A stretch of DNA of 64,000 nucleotides, from NCBI RefSeq assembly GCF_006345805.1, contig NC_043012.1:25048001-25112000 (forward strand). The letters are read 5' to 3'. Shown one piece after another: positions 50,618 through 64,000 of this stretch. The notes under the pieces are model-generated. The model was not told the DNA's origin and ran no database searches. It was given only the letters and a program-made list of their open reading frames with translations. The translations under genes were made by a program, and so were the position numbers. The stretch comes from Octopus sinensis (Eukaryota). The first letter of the stretch is position 1. The number at the start of each line of letters is the position of its first letter.

Positions 50618-50790
50618 ATATATTATATATATATATATACACGGGCTTCTTTCACTTTCTGTCTACCAAATCCACTCTCAATGCTTTGGTCGGTCTGAGG
50701 CTATAGGAGAAAACACTTGCCGAAGGTGTCACGCACTGGGACTAAACTCGGAACCATGTGGTTGGGAAGCAAGCTTCTTACTACACAGCC
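50340..50790 (-). mobile_element. SINE family A, full length, diverged
   Basis: Tail, internal (TA)n and head all present. Confidence 0.85.
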
Positions 50791-51382
50791 AGTGATTCGA
50801 AAATACTGTGTCCTCAGAGCACAGGGTAAGTTGCCTTACGCTGCTTGTCCCTGCTCTCTTCAGTCTGTTTGTCATATTCCCACAGTTATACCCTTCGCTA
50901 CCTTCGGAGGCGTGTATTTTTAAAGTGCAAAGTTCCGTAACAAAATGAAACACGATAGAAGTGAAATTCTAGGTCGGTTTCGTTTTTCGCTTCTTTATCC
51001 CTTGTCACACTCACAAAATTGACATTTGCCGACAAGATGGAGGTAATTAAAAGATTAAAATAATATAATATAATATAAAGCAAGCGAAATAAGGCAACAA
51101 GGAACCACGTTTACATTCCCCTTTCTGGGTCGATAAAATAAGTACCAGTTGAATAAATGCGGTGGGGTGGGAGACCCGTTAGCACGCCCGGTAAAATGCG
51201 TAGCATAATTTTGTCCGTCTTTACATTCTGGATTCAAACAGCGCCGAGGTCGACTTCACCTTTCACCCTTTTGAGGTCGACGTAATAAGCACCAGTCGAA
51301 CATTAGGGTCGATCTAATGAACTATCCCCCACCCACAAACTTGCTGGCCTTATGTCAACACTTTGAAATTATTATTATTATT

Positions 51383-51702
51383 GAGTGAGAGAGCAGTGCA
51401 TGCCATCAAAGTGACACTGGGGTAAAAATATACGAAGCCTAGTATACCTATCATGACTACCTGTCTGATAAGGGTACACTAGGCACATGCATCACAACCA
51501 CATGTGCGCGACATGGGGATCTCATACCAAGATAAACAGCACATGACTTTGCAGGTGGGGCCCAGTCAGAATTTTCTTCTGGTCGAGTAACCCATCATGC
51601 TCAAAAGGTCCCTGAATAAGGGTTGTTTAAGGATGATGAATAAAACACCCATGCTTCCAAAGGTGAATAATCCAAACCCCAAAGAATCCCTCTCAACACA
51701 TG
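51383..51702. mobile_element. Family D 5' part, interrupted at ctcaacacatgg
   Basis: Collinear with 25122; remaining D pieces at 52551-52696 and 52876-53220. Confidence 0.88.
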
Positions 51703-51811
51703 GAACAGAAAAACGATAAATCAAATAACTATATGGTCAATTCATGCAACAAACCGAAGATTTTCAAAGTGAAGAACACTGATTGTGGCCGACAGATGGA
51801 CATTTAAAACC

Positions 51812-52550
51812 AGGAAAAGTATGGAACAAGCAAGGAAATCGAATTACAGATGAATTAAAGTGTTTCAGAGAAAACGCAGAATGTGTGGGAAAGTGGAAGA
51901 AAGTATGAGCCATCTCTTAAAGTGTGAACAGACAAATACGTACATAAAACTATGTCGGAAAAAGTTGCTTTTAAATGCCAGAAAATCAGTATGGATGCGT
52001 GGAAGGAGCTGCCTAAGTGAATGATAATTACAAAATCAGGAAAAGTATGGAACAAGCAAGGAAATCGAATTACAGATGAATTAAAGTGTTTCAGAGAAAA
52101 CGCAGAATGTGTGGGAAAGTGGAAGAAAGTATGAGCCATCTCTTAAAGTGTGAACAGACAAATACGTACATAAAACTATGTCGGAAAAAGTTGCTTTTAA
52201 ATGCCAGAAAATCAGTATGGATGCGTGGAAGGAGCTGCCTAAGTGAATGATAATTACAAAATCAGGAAAAGTATGGAACAAGCAAGGAAATCGAATTACA
52301 GATGAATTAAAGTGTTTCAGAGAAAACGCAGAATGTGTGGGAAAGTGGAAGAAAGTATGAGCCATCTCTTAAAGTGTGAACAGACAAATACGTACATAAA
52401 ACTATGTCGGAAAAAGTTGCTTTTAAATGCCAGAAAATCAGTATGGATGCGTGGAAGGAGCTGCCTAAGTGAATGATAATTACAAAATCAGGAAAAGTAT
52501 GGAACAAGCAAGGAAATCGAATTACAGATGAATTAAAGTGTTTCAGAGAA
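51812..52550 (+). repeat. 226-bp tandem repeat (about 3.3 units) from a decayed RLE-LINE zinc-knuckle segment
   Basis: Units at 51812, 52038, 52264 and 52490; encodes RRMCGKVEESMSHLLKC; inverted near-identical copy at 55555-55893. Confidence 0.93.
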
Positions 52551-53229
52551 ACACTTATGATGCTACCCCACTACTTCTGCTTGTGATCAGAGATGCACAT
52601 ATCGTCAGCCACTAAGGGACATGCTCAACTGGTTAAGGTAAAACAACTGACAAGTAAATCTGTGGTATTGAGCAGAATATTTGCTGTAGCCCATCTTAGG
52701 AGCTGCCTAAGTGAATGATAATTACAAAATTAGGAAAAGTATGGAACAAGCAATAATAATTACAAATGATGCTACCCCACAAAATGATAATTACAAAATT
52801 AGGAAAATGATAACTACAAAATTAGGAAAAGTATGGAACAAGCAAGGAAATCGAATTACAGATGAATTAAAGTGTTTCAGAGAAACACTTATGATGCTAC
52901 CCCACTACTTTTGCTTGTGATCAGAGATGCACATATCGTCAGCCACTAAGGGACATGCTCAACTGGTTAGGGTCAAACAACTGACAAGCAAATCTGTGGT
53001 ATTGAGCAGAATATTTGCTGTAGCCCATCTTTTATACCAAGTCAAATCTGGTACACTAGGCACATGCATCACAACCATATGTGCGCGACATGGTGATCTT
53101 ATATCAAGATAAACAGCGCATGGCCTTTCAGGTGGGGCCTCTGGTAAATTAGGCACATGCATCACAACCACGTTTGCGCGACATGGTTATCTTAAATCAG
53201 CTGGTACACTAGGCACATGTCTGGTCAGT

Positions 53230-53765
53230 AGTTTTATTTATTCCCTGCTTTCACTTCACTACCGCTCGCAACTCTGTGTGCCTTGGGTATGTGCTGTGAT
53301 TTGCTGTGATGCTCTTATTTTTACTGTATTGAAAGTATTTTGCGTAGGATGTGTGCAGTGCCCAGTTGTACAATTTACTGTATGTTATATATATTTGTAA
53401 GTCCTGGTGTTTTTGTTATGTATCTGTCTGAATATATCTTTATCATACCTACTGCGCCCACTATGATAGGAATTGTTTCTGTTTATAGATTCCACATTCG
53501 AGTTACCTTTATTTACAGATCATTGTATTTTGAGAGTTTCTCCATTTGTTTTAGAGTAACACTGTCATCTGTTGGTATCGATATATCAATTAGAAAGCAT
53601 TTTTTTCCTGATGATCTCTGACTACTATGTCCAGCATTGACCAAAATTTCTCTATCTCTGTGTGTTGGCACATCCCAAAGTATGGTTGCTTTCTCGTTTT
53701 CTGTGACCTTTTCTGGGATGTGCCTATATCACCTTTTTTCTTTTGTTATTCCATAGTGTTTGCAT
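53230..53765 (-). mobile_element. R4/Dong-type LINE 3' fragment, decayed
   Basis: PEKVTENEKATILWD...CFLIDISIP...IPIIVGAVGMIK...LGTAHILRKILSIQ*. Confidence 0.88.
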
Positions 53766-53768
53766 GAC

Positions 53769-55021
53769 TTTATTATTATTATTATTAGTTTTTTTTTCTT
53801 CCTTCAAATTGCTTCCATTTCTTGCCGAGTGTCTTCCCGACTCCTAGGACAAAGAAACTCATAGTATACATTGGTAGGCCATTAAACCAAACTCTATAGT
53901 TCGTTCATTTTTTAATTATTTTTTTAAGTTAAATTAAAATACATGAGCAGCAACAGTTCTCACATCGACAATGCTCTTCTCAATACGTGTGATGTTCCAG
54001 TTAAGACAATCTTTTGCACTTCTTGCAGGGATGGTAAGCCAGGGATCATTCTCATATAATTTTCGGTTCCCTTCTTGATCATTCCTAGTGCTCCTACGAT
54101 CACTGGTATTGTAACCGCCTTGAGATGCCACATTTTCTCAATTTCAATGATTAAGTCTTTATATTTTCTGAGCTTGTCAAACTCTTTCGCTGAGATATTA
54201 TGATCACAGGGGATGCTCATGTCGATCAATAAGCAAACTTTATTGTTTTGGTCTTTCACAACAATATCTGGTTTATTGGCCTTGATGGTTCGGTCTGTAT
54301 GTACTGGAAAGTCCCACAGAATGGTTACATTTTCTCCTTCAGTTACATCCTCAGGGTGGTGATTATACCACTTGTCGGCAGTTTTGATATTGTAATGCCG
54401 ACTTATTAGCCAGTGTAGATATTGGCCAACTCTGTCATGTCTTAATTTATACTCCACTGGTGCTAAGACTTTACATCCAGAGATTAGGTGGTCCACTCTT
54501 TCAATCATGTCGTTGCAGAATCGGCATTTTGGGTCTTCTCCATTTTTCATCACATTGGCCTGGTAGTTCCGGGTTAATAGGCTTTGATCTTGAGCAGCCA
54601 GGATGAAACCTTCGCTCGCTGCTTTTAGCCCTGAGCTCCGTAGCCACTGATGGGCTTGCTTCTGGTCAACATCAGCTTGTTTGCTGCGGGCCACATATTT
54701 GCCGTGCAGAGGTTTCTCCTCCCACCTATCAGCCAATTGCTCGTGCGCTTTTTTCGTTGCCATTATTTTCACCTTCTTTGCAACAATAGTTGCCGTACTT
54801 CCCTCGGGTTGTTCAGTTTGGGTATCCTGCACGAGATCAATAGCACATTTTTTGCTTTCCTTTATGATAGAATGAAGCTTCTTTCGTCTCTCGTGATTTT
54901 CCACGAGCTTTAGCATCCAGTCATTCGTTATTTCGAGATATTTGGCCAGTCCAATTGTGGTTGTTTTATAAGCTAGTTCAAATTGGATCAGGCCTCGACC
55001 TCCTTGGGCTCTGGGAAGGTA
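53769..55021 (-). mobile_element. Young 5'-truncated R4/Dong-type LINE inserted in (TAA)n
   Basis: Open frame 55021-53960 (354 codons) from YLPRAQGGRGL; CRFC..H..SGC, RHD, KPDIVVKD, LLIDMSIPCD, K..KY; (TAA)n at both ends. Confidence 0.96.
53960..54916 (-). CDS. Truncated LINE ORF: CCHC knuckle + restriction-like endonuclease
   Basis: 318-aa ORF-track entry with the motifs above; RT catalytic core absent. Confidence 0.9.
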   Translation of the reverse strand: MLKLVENHERRKKLHSIIKESKKCAIDLVQDTQTEQPEGSTATIVAKKVKIMATKKAHEQLADRWEEKPLHGKYVARSKQADVDQKQAHQWLRSSGLKAASEGFILAAQDQSLLTRNYQANVMKNGEDPKCRFCNDMIERVDHLISGCKVLAPVEYKLRHDRVGQYLHWLISRHYNIKTADKWYNHHPEDVTEGENVTILWDFPVHTDRTIKANKPDIVVKDQNNKVCLLIDMSIPCDHNISAKEFDKLRKYKDLIIEIEKMWHLKAVTIPVIVGALGMIKKGTENYMRMIPGLPSLQEVQKIVLTGTSHVLRRALSM

Positions 55022-55053
55022 ATTATTATTATTATTATTATTACTATTATTAC

Positions 55054-55171
<118 letters not shown>

Positions 55172-55554
55172 TAGATCTTAATGAGTCAAGATTGGCCTTT
55201 TTCCTGGTAGAATTTATAGGGTAGCATGTTACTCCCTGTGTCCACATGATTTCAGTGTGTCTTCAAGCTCCCTAAACCCTTTCAGATGATCTTCCCTGTT
55301 ACTAAGAAGCACTCCTTTTGAAGAATCACATGGGTGTAGTAGTTTGGGTGCGATACAAGGTGCACTAGTTAACAAGGGAATAATTATCCCTTCTGTTTTC
55401 GACCATTATTTCGTCTCGAGATACAACCTCACGATTCGCCCACTCTAATGTCATATAGGCTTGCAAAGTTTATGACCTTTCACTCGTTCTTTTCATTCCA
55501 CGATCATATCCAGTTTCATTATTTCAAAAGTATGACAAATTTTTATAAAGAAAC

Positions 55555-55893
55555 CTAATTTTGTAATTATCATTCACTTAGGCAGCTCCTTCCACGCATC
55601 CATACTAATTTTCTGGCATTTAAAAGCAACTTTTTCCGACATAGTTTTATGTACGTATTTGTCTGTTCACACTTAAAGAGATGGTTCATACTTTCTTCCA
55701 CTTTCCCACACATTCTGCGTTTTCTCTGAAACACTTTAATTCATCTGTAATTCGATTTCCTTGCTTGTTCCATACTTTTCCTGGTTTTAAATGTCCATCT
55801 GTCGGCCACAATCAGTGTTCTTCACTTTGAAAATCTTCGGTTTGTTGCATGAATTGACCATATAGTTATTTGATTTATCGTTTTTCTGTTCCA
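55555..55893 (-). repeat. Inverted, near-identical source copy of 51702-52050 (old RLE-LINE remnant)
   Basis: About 4 mismatches seen; minus strand LYGQFMQQTEDFQSEEH*LWPTDGHLKP. Confidence 0.9.
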
Positions 55894-56124
55894 TATTGAA
55901 ATCTCTTATTGTATAACTGATTTCTTCAATATTTCTAGCTATAAGCATTAATCTTTCCCGATTTTACACAATTTTTCAAGCCCCAAAACGCAATACCTTT
56001 GACGTCTTTTGCATGTGCGGAAGAAATCAATTTCATATAATACGAATTGTCTTTTTTCTTCTTCCCATTATAATCTCCCCTGCTTTATGCATGCTCACAA
56101 TCATACACATATATGCACATGTAA

Positions 56125-56365
<241 letters not shown>

Positions 56366-56918
56366 TCTAGCGAATGTTTTAAAAAAAGATGGGTGAATGT
56401 AGCAAGGATGGCACGTATGAATGACGAAGCCACCTTGAGCATAATCCTATGAACCCAGAAATTTAAAACAGAGGGTTACCCACTTGCAAACAAATGTGGT
56501 AACATATAACAATATTGACCAAGGTTACCGTGGTCTTTTTCGTAGGCTTTTCTTCCCACGGATAAACCTTACTTGCTTTCCCCTTTACACCATACATCAT
56601 AACACTGTGATACACGATCCCTATTGATCGTTTTTTTTCCTCTTCTCTCCCCTCCCCATTTTTTCTTCTTTTTTTTCATTTCTCTTTTCTTTTGTTCCTT
56701 TCCTTTTTTTTTATTTTTTGTTCTTTTTTTCCCTTTTACGATCCCTTTTGATCGAAAACCTACGCCACCTTTTTTTTGTTTCTTTTGTTTTTTGATTTTT
56801 GTTTTTTTTTCATCCCACAAAAGAAAAGCTCTACCTTGTAACTTGTCCCAACTGTGTGCAGCCCTCTGTGGCCAATAAAGAAACTTATCTAACTATCTAT
56901 CTATCTCTCAATCAATCA

Positions 56919-56975
<57 letters not shown>

Positions 56976-57002
56976 CCTGTCTATCAATAAACCTCTGTGT
57001 AT

Positions 57003-57036
<34 letters not shown>

Positions 57037-57860
57037 GAATGTATGTACGTATGTGTGTGTGTGTGTGTGTATGTGTGTGCGTGCATGCGTGTAGTTTTAT
57101 ACAATTATATATTATATGTCCTGTGGGAAACTAAGGTAAACACAAATATAAATTAAATTAATTCTTATGTTGCATTGTATGTTCGACGCATAACTACAAA
57201 TGGGAACACTTTACTGCATTTCGTTACAGGGATCTAATAACATAATTTCTATTCGGCCTTATGTTAATTTTTCATTACACATGTTGGTCTGTATTTCATA
57301 ACTAGTCACACTGTTTTGCACAGTGGGCAACTAACCAACACAGTGAAAGCTGACTAAATAATGACAATATACATGGAGATCTTGACTCATGAAATAATAT
57401 TTTTACGTCTGATTGTTCACAAAGTATATATTATATGTGTATAAAAACATATGTTTGTATGTGTGTGAATTTGTGCGCGCGTGTATGAGCGTGTATGTTT
57501 GTATGTGTGTGCATATATACAGTCAATCTCCAGAGAGACTGGTGGCGTTTTGGGTCGGCATTATTAGAATTATTTCCTACTATCTTAGTTAGAAGTAAGG
57601 GAATGAGCAGGCAGAAGCGCCAGCATGTTTACCGGCTTTTTGTCTACCGTTACGTTTTGAGTTAAAAGTGTGCCGTATAGGGTTTTGTCTTTCATCTGTT
57701 CGAGGTCAATAGAATAAATACTAATTAAACACTGGGGTCTCTGGGATTGATTTATCCCGTCTCCGAAACTCGGTGGTCTACTGCCAAGATTTGAAACCGA
57801 TATCGGAGTTAGAAGTTGTAAAACTCTGCACACTCTCTTTAATCTTTCTTCTTTCAACTT

Positions 57861-57895
57861 TTTCCTGAAGATCGATTCTCCTTGAAACGTTGGAC
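57861..57895 (+). ncRNA. Decayed hammerhead remnant
   Basis: ttc-CTGAAGA-(tcgattctcctt)-GAAAC-GTT-gga; palindrome aacgtt; helix II not paired. Confidence 0.35.
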
Positions 57896-58062
57896 TTTTT
57901 CACCAGCCCCCTGCGGCAAGTTCACTGTACTTTTCTATCGATATGACCACATATAAATAATTCGGTTGTCAGAAGCTGTGCGGAGGTGCGACTTGTGAGC
58001 TTGCATACAATCACACGCACCTACAAGTGCGCGCGACACTCAATCACGCACACACACCCACG

Positions 58063-58102
<40 letters not shown>

Positions 58103-58183
58103 AGTGTATGTATATTGTATATATAAACACACACACTCTCTCTCTCTCACACACACACACACACAGACACACACACACACATA

Positions 58184-58242
<59 letters not shown>

Positions 58243-59207
58243 GAACGTGTGTTGAGTGTATGTACACAAGGCGAGACGCACTTCCGCACAATTTCGACAT
58301 CCGACTTTCACTTACAAGACATTGTTCGTTTCAAATCTGTGTAAGAAAAGACTTGCCGAAGACGCTGTGAAGTGATTTGGATTAAAGCCAGGACCACGAA
58401 CAAATACAAAGCAATCTTCTTAGCCACGCAGCCATTCCTCCGTGCTACAACAAAACAACAAAAAGAACAGCAACAATAACAATAAAACCATTAACATCAT
58501 CAATAACAACAACAGTTATTTTCCTTTCAACTTTCATCACGAAAGTTACGAACATCCATCGTATCCACTATTTATTCTGTCTTGCCTTGTTCATTACCCA
58601 GCCCCTAACCATCGACTCACCACTCTTCAGTCCAATATAAAAGAATAAGGAGAAAGAGTAACGTGTGTAATGACCCTGATACATGTTTCTATAATGGCGA
58701 CCATTTTCAAGTGAAATCTACGCTGGAATTTACTAATTGCCTTCACAGTTAATACTTTGTGAACTTCCTGGCTCAGTTTCCTTCATTTACACTCACATCT
58801 TTGTTTACAACGGATATCTATTCTTTTAATGAGATGTGATATCCATTTTCTTATTATTCACCCGCCAAACTGAAATTACGCACATCAATCATCTGTCAAG
58901 TAAGTTAGAGAGAGAAAGAGAGAGAGAGAGAGAGAGGAGGGGCGGAGACAGAGAGAGAGTGAGAGAGAGAGAGTGAAATAAATAGAGATGCAAGCAAAGA
59001 CAGGCAGAGCTAGAGAGGAAAGGAAGGAGAGAGATGATCAAAGTAAGAAAGAGAGAGAGAGAGAGAGAGAGAGTGAAGAGGAGAGAGAAACAGAGGGAAG
59101 GTGAGGGAGAGAGAGGAACGGTGAGAGAGAAAGAAATAGATACAGGCAGACAGGCAGAAAGAGCCAGAGACAGAGAGAGAGGGAAAGAGAGATGGGATCA
59201 AAGTAAA

Positions 59208-59250
<43 letters not shown>

Positions 59251-59796
59251 AAGAGAGAGAAAGAAGAGAGAGAGAACACACTGTCAAAATTTCGTCGTTG
59301 AGTAATCCACTTTAATAATTATAGAGGAAATCATTAAGTTCAAGGGCCCTAACGAAGGGTAAATCTAATCTTTTAGTCTTACCCACGTAATGTAAACCCT
59401 TTTGATTAATTGATCCTCGTGCAAAAGCCACCTTCTGCAACGGAGACAGAATATTCATTATGTTAGCCTGTCAAATGACGTATTATGCGTTATTAAGATT
59501 CAGATGTGACCCCTTCTGCATTTTTAAACCAAAGACCAATTCTGGTACTGATAGATCGGTCCTAGGGTCAAGGATATTGTTGGTGATGTTACACTTTCTC
59601 TAAGGTTTTAGGGTTTATAATTAGAATTACGTTAGGGATCGTGACACGCCTATTTAAGAAGCAAGATCTGATGGAGCTTACTATTACTTGAGCCTAAGGG
59701 GACCAGGATGATGTTCTGTTTTATTGCTGTGTGTTGCTTGTGTTTGTCAAATGCGGAGACATATATATGTACAATCACTCACATACATAGATGTAT

Positions 59797-60942
59797 ATGG
59801 GGTGGTGCTTTAAGGATATCACGAAAGATTTGATCTGTTATGTTTACAGGGCAGGTCTGGCAACTATTTAGGAGAAGATACGCACAAATCCTAATCGTAT
59901 ATAATATATCTTCCTCTTTTCTGAAGACTTACCGCATGATTCCTGATCCTACGGCTGATTTGGGTGAACTTGAAGCACGAGCATTTATAAAGTTCCTGTT
60001 TTTCCACGGTAAAAGAGCGGCGGACTTCCATGGTGAGATGAACAAAGCCTTGAAGGATGGCTACCCGTCTTACTCCAGAGTGTCAGGGTTTCGGACTGGT
60101 CATTTCGAGGTCACAGATGAACCTCAATTAAATTCCGCGACCACAGAGAACAAAGCCGACGCTGTGCACGTCATAGTTCTCAAGGACGTCAGGTTTCTCA
60201 TCCACAACATTCTGTATATGAGAAAGCTTTCCACAAAATGGCTGCCGACATACCTGAACGCATATCAGAAGCGCATCAGTAACAATATCAAAGACGATTT
60301 TGGACCGGTTCGCAGCGGGAGATGCTGATTTTATGGCTCGTTTTGTTACCATGCATGACACTTGGCTTCATCATGACACAAGCAGCAATCAGTGGAGTGA
60401 CTCCACAGAAGTTTCGAACCCACAAGTCAGCTGAAAATTTTCTGGCTTCAGTGCTCTGAGACAAAGATGTAATGCTCTTCATAAGATGTCTACCAAATGT
60501 TCCCATCTTCAACTTAAAATACTACATATCTCAGTTGGATGAACTGCGTGAAACTTTGGAGGAGAAACGCCTGAAAAGCTGTGCCGTGGTGTCCTGTTTT
60601 TGCAAGCAATGTACCAGCAAATACAGCACATGACACCCGACAGAAAAATACGCAACTTTGGCTTCGAGTTTATAGACTACCCATCTTACTTTCCTGACTT
60701 GGTTCCATCCGAACGTCAGCTCTTTCCACAAACGAAGAAACATTTCACGGGAACAAAATTTCTCTACGATTCGGAAGTGATCGCTGCTACAGAGGCCCAG
60801 TTGCAGGTCCAACTTTCCGAGTGCTTTTTACTGCAATAAGTGTGTAACATGAGAGAGGAATTTGCTGAATAAAGTCGGGATTAACTTATCGTGCTGTATT
60901 TTATTTTACTCAAAGCCTGGAACTTTTCAGCACCACATCGTA
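59797..60942 (+). mobile_element. Mariner (DD34D-type) transposon, near full length, pseudogenised
   Basis: LEARAFIKFLFFHGK; MRKLSTKWLP; YPSYFPDLVPS..LFP..KKH; right TIR aaagcctggaacttttcagcaccacatcgta. Confidence 0.9.
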
Positions 60943-60979
60943 TATGTACATTCCGATAGATAACTTGACCAAGTAGTTT

Positions 60980-61065
<86 letters not shown>

Positions 61066-61199
61066 ACTACTACTACTACTACTACAACACACACGCATAT
61101 ACATACATACATACATACATACATAGGTTAGATCTGTTGGTAAGAAATCTTGAAATAAAACTGAATAATGACATACATTCATACATATGCACATACATA

Positions 61200-61266
<67 letters not shown>

Positions 61267-61453
61267 GTGTGTGTGTGTGAGTGTGTATTTACATAAAATG
61301 AAGAAACTATGTTTTACTATCTTGAAGAGTTTGGTTAAACGAACGAAAAGTTTTATCCAAAATTCTGGCCGTCTCCTTCCTATCAATATACAATATCTGT
61401 ACACCACTTCAAGCACCCCCACTCTCTCTCCCTCTCTGTTTCTCTCTCTCTCG

Positions 61454-61484
<31 letters not shown>

Positions 61485-61498
61485 GCTCTCTGTATATG

Positions 61499-61531
<33 letters not shown>

Positions 61532-61761
61532 CTAGTGTAAGCACACAGGCAGACACACATACATACATGTGAGTGAGTGCGTATGTGTCATTGGGTTTCT
61601 GGCAACCGATGTTGGTTTGCTTACTTCCCCGTGCATTAACAGTTCTGCAAAGAAACCGGTAGAATAAGTAGCAGGCTTTCAAATATAAGTGGGTACTGGG
61701 CTTGATATGTTTAAGTAAACCTTTCAAAGCGCTGCCCCATCGTCACTGCAGTCCATATATG

Positions 61762-63251
61762 TACAGTCGTCCTCAAAATTATTCATACCCCATCGAAAGC
61801 AAAATCCTTTTTTAGATTCTTGATTTGTAAAAGCTTCTATATTGGTACTTCCTTTGTATCTTTTGTCTATGCACAAAGCCACATAGGAGTTGGGTAAACT
61901 TAATTTGCATAGAAATAGATATAGCCTAAAGTTCTTTTTTGCACATGTTCAGAATTATTCATTCCTCTATTTTCACTTCCTTTGAATATGATAGTCTTTG
62001 TCCTATAGTTAATTGCAGAAGAGTATAACTAGCGTATAAATAGAAAAAAAGCGTTCTGGCCAGTCTCAGTTTCTGATCATCATCGCCAAGAAGGAGCTAA
62101 ATAAGGACCTACGTCAACGTCTTGTGCGTGCCCACAGTGAAGGAAAGGGTTACAAGGTCATTTCAAAGCAGTATGATGTCCCTGTGGCAACCGCCCAGAG
62201 CATAATCAACAAGCACAAAAAGTTCAACACTGTTCAAAACCTTAGTGGGAGTGGCAGGAAACGTAAGTTGTCTACCAAACTTGCCAGGAAAATCTGCCGA
62301 GATGTCAACAACAATTGCCAGACCACAATCAAGGCCCTAATTGAAACGCTGGACTTGGCAGCGATAAAGGAGCCACAGTCCACCATTAAGTGAATCTTGC
62401 ACAGAGAAGGTCTCCATGGACTTAAGCCTCGGAAGACGCCGATGTACAGGAAGAATCATCTGGAGGCTCACCTGGCCTTTGCTCGATGTCATCTGAAGCA
62501 AGATCTCAGTTTTTGGTCAACCATCCTATGGTCTGATGAGAGCATGTTGGAGTTATTTGACGATATGGGTGCTGAATACGTCTGGAGGAAGAAAGGAGAA
62601 ACATACAAACCGAAGTACACTGTTCCCACCGTCAAGCCTGGTGGTGGGAACCTAATGCTATGGGGATGCTTGTCTTCCAGTGACACAGGGAACGTTGTCA
62701 AGGTCCAAGGAATCGTTAGCTAGGAGGAGTACATCAGGACCCTTGATGAAAACGTGAAGGAATCTACCGAGAATCATATCCTCAAAGTAGTGAAGAAATG
62801 GTTCAAGGACAATGATGTCAACGTCCTAGAATGGCCGAGTCAATCTTGACCTGAATCCGATCAAGAACGTGTGGTGAGATTTGAAAACCAGAGCGATGGC
62901 TAGAAAACCGACCAACCTGACCCAGCTCGAGTCTTCGCCATGGGAGCTTGTGGAGACGTAAAAGAATTGTCTAGAAGCAGTCATAAAAAAAACAATGCTA
63001 TTGACTATTAAAGGAATATGTTGGACTCAGTAAACTTAGAATATGAATAGTTTTGAACATGGCAGTTTTTGAAAATCCATAAAGAACCATTGAAGTGAAG
63101 AATTTCTTGAATTGTGTATTGTTGTGGTTCTGGTCACTTGTTAGTCACTTGTAACTAATAAAAAAAACTTGACAAAATGCATTCATTTCATCATAAAAAT
63201 AAAAAATAACAAAAATTAACAAGGGTATGAATAATTTTGAAAATGACCATA
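61762..63251 (+). mobile_element. Tc1-family transposon with IR/DR-type ends, pseudogenised
   Basis: TIR cagtcgtcctcaaaattattcataccc / gggtatgaataattttga; EGKGYKVISKQ, GRKRK, WSDE, VKPGGGNLMLWGC, EWPSQS; second Asp region deleted. Confidence 0.93.
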
Positions 63252-63339
63252 TATATACATATCACACATGTTAATGCATAGGTGTGTATATGTATGTCGG
63301 GTACATTTGAGTGTGTGCATGTAATTATATATATATATC

Positions 63340-63625
63340 ACGTGATCACCTGATCGACCGGACTATTTGATGATTTTACACATCACTGGTCACAATGCAC
63401 TTTTTATCGTTTTTGCTCTGGAACGATGCCCCTCCGCTGGCTGGGTGACTGGGCCAACATTACCCCTGACCGGAAGGCTACTTCGTCGCAAGGTTTCCCA
63501 TTTACACTTGAATGGCCTGGAACAACGTGAAATTACGGTTTCGTTCAAGAAAACAACGCAATGCTTGGTTCGGAAAGCGAACGCACAACCTAGCGATCAT
63601 GAGTGCAATACCCTAACCACTAGTC
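63340..63625 (-). mobile_element. tRNA-headed SINE, C-related, diverged
   Basis: Ends in the reverse complement of a head (gcgatcatgagtgcaataccctaaccactag); body fragment also at 20035-20150. Confidence 0.6.
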
Positions 63626-63649
63626 CATATTTGTATGTATATATACATT

Positions 63650-64000
63650 GGCCGTGTGGTAAGTAGCTTGCTCACAAACCAAATGGTTCTGGGTTCAATC
63701 CCACTGTGTGACACCTTGGGCAAGTGTCTTGTACTATAGACTCGGGTCGATTAAAGCCTTGTGAGTGGATCTGGTAGAGGGAAACTGAAAGAAGCCCGTC
63801 GTATATATGTATATATATATATTTGTGTCTGTGTTTGTCCCCCCCCCAACATCGCTTGACAACCGATGGTGGTGTGTTTATGTCCCCGTAACCGAGCGGT
63901 TCGACAAAAGAGACGTATAGTACTAGGCTTCCAAAGAATAAGTCCTGGGGTCGATTTGCTCGACTAAAGGCGGTGCTCCAGCATGGCCGCAACCAAATGA
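63650..64000 (+). mobile_element. SINE family A, runs off the window end
   Basis: ggccgtgtggtaag head, ggttcaatccc B box, tail ggcggtgctccagcatggccgc. Confidence 0.9.

Noticed and set aside
51812-52550. CRISPR array or repeated 94-aa gene
   Set aside because: Whole 226-bp units are identical with no unique spacers; the opposite strand is a decayed LINE zinc knuckle.
62532-62545. CTGATGA hammerhead core
   Set aside because: Encodes the WSDE catalytic motif of the Tc1 transposase; no helices.

Overview
Repeat-dense, AT-rich eukaryotic DNA with no confidently identifiable host gene. The SINE families and the (TA)n/(TAA)n/(CTAT)n load look like an octopus (coleoid cephalopod) genome; this is recalled repeat resemblance, not a database result. 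Most entries in the ORF track are microsatellite artefacts. Supported content: (i) about 35 copies of three tRNA-headed SINE families (A, B, C) plus an unclassified (ATT)n-inserted family D; (ii) a 5'-truncated Penelope-like element (RT + Cys-rich linker + GIY-YIG, Neptune-like) with an inverted ~255-bp terminal repeat; (iii) at least six R4/Dong-type restriction-like-endonuclease LINE fragments beside (TAA)n, one with an open 354-codon frame; (iv) a CR1/L2-like LINE 3' end; (v) decayed Tc1, mariner, maT-like and pogo/Tigger DNA transposons; (vi) a perfect 244-bp inverted duplication and a 226-bp tandem/inverted rearrangement; (vii) a few weak candidate exons. The main result is 14 hammerhead-ribozyme-like motifs found by manual folding, from about 7 unrelated small repeat families plus two orphans. 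Most are minimal type I with palindromic helix III (dimer type). They include an A3-U8 compensatory core variant in both Penelope terminal repeats and a tRNA-headed SINE that carries a hammerhead in its tail. Self-cleavage activity is inferred, not shown.
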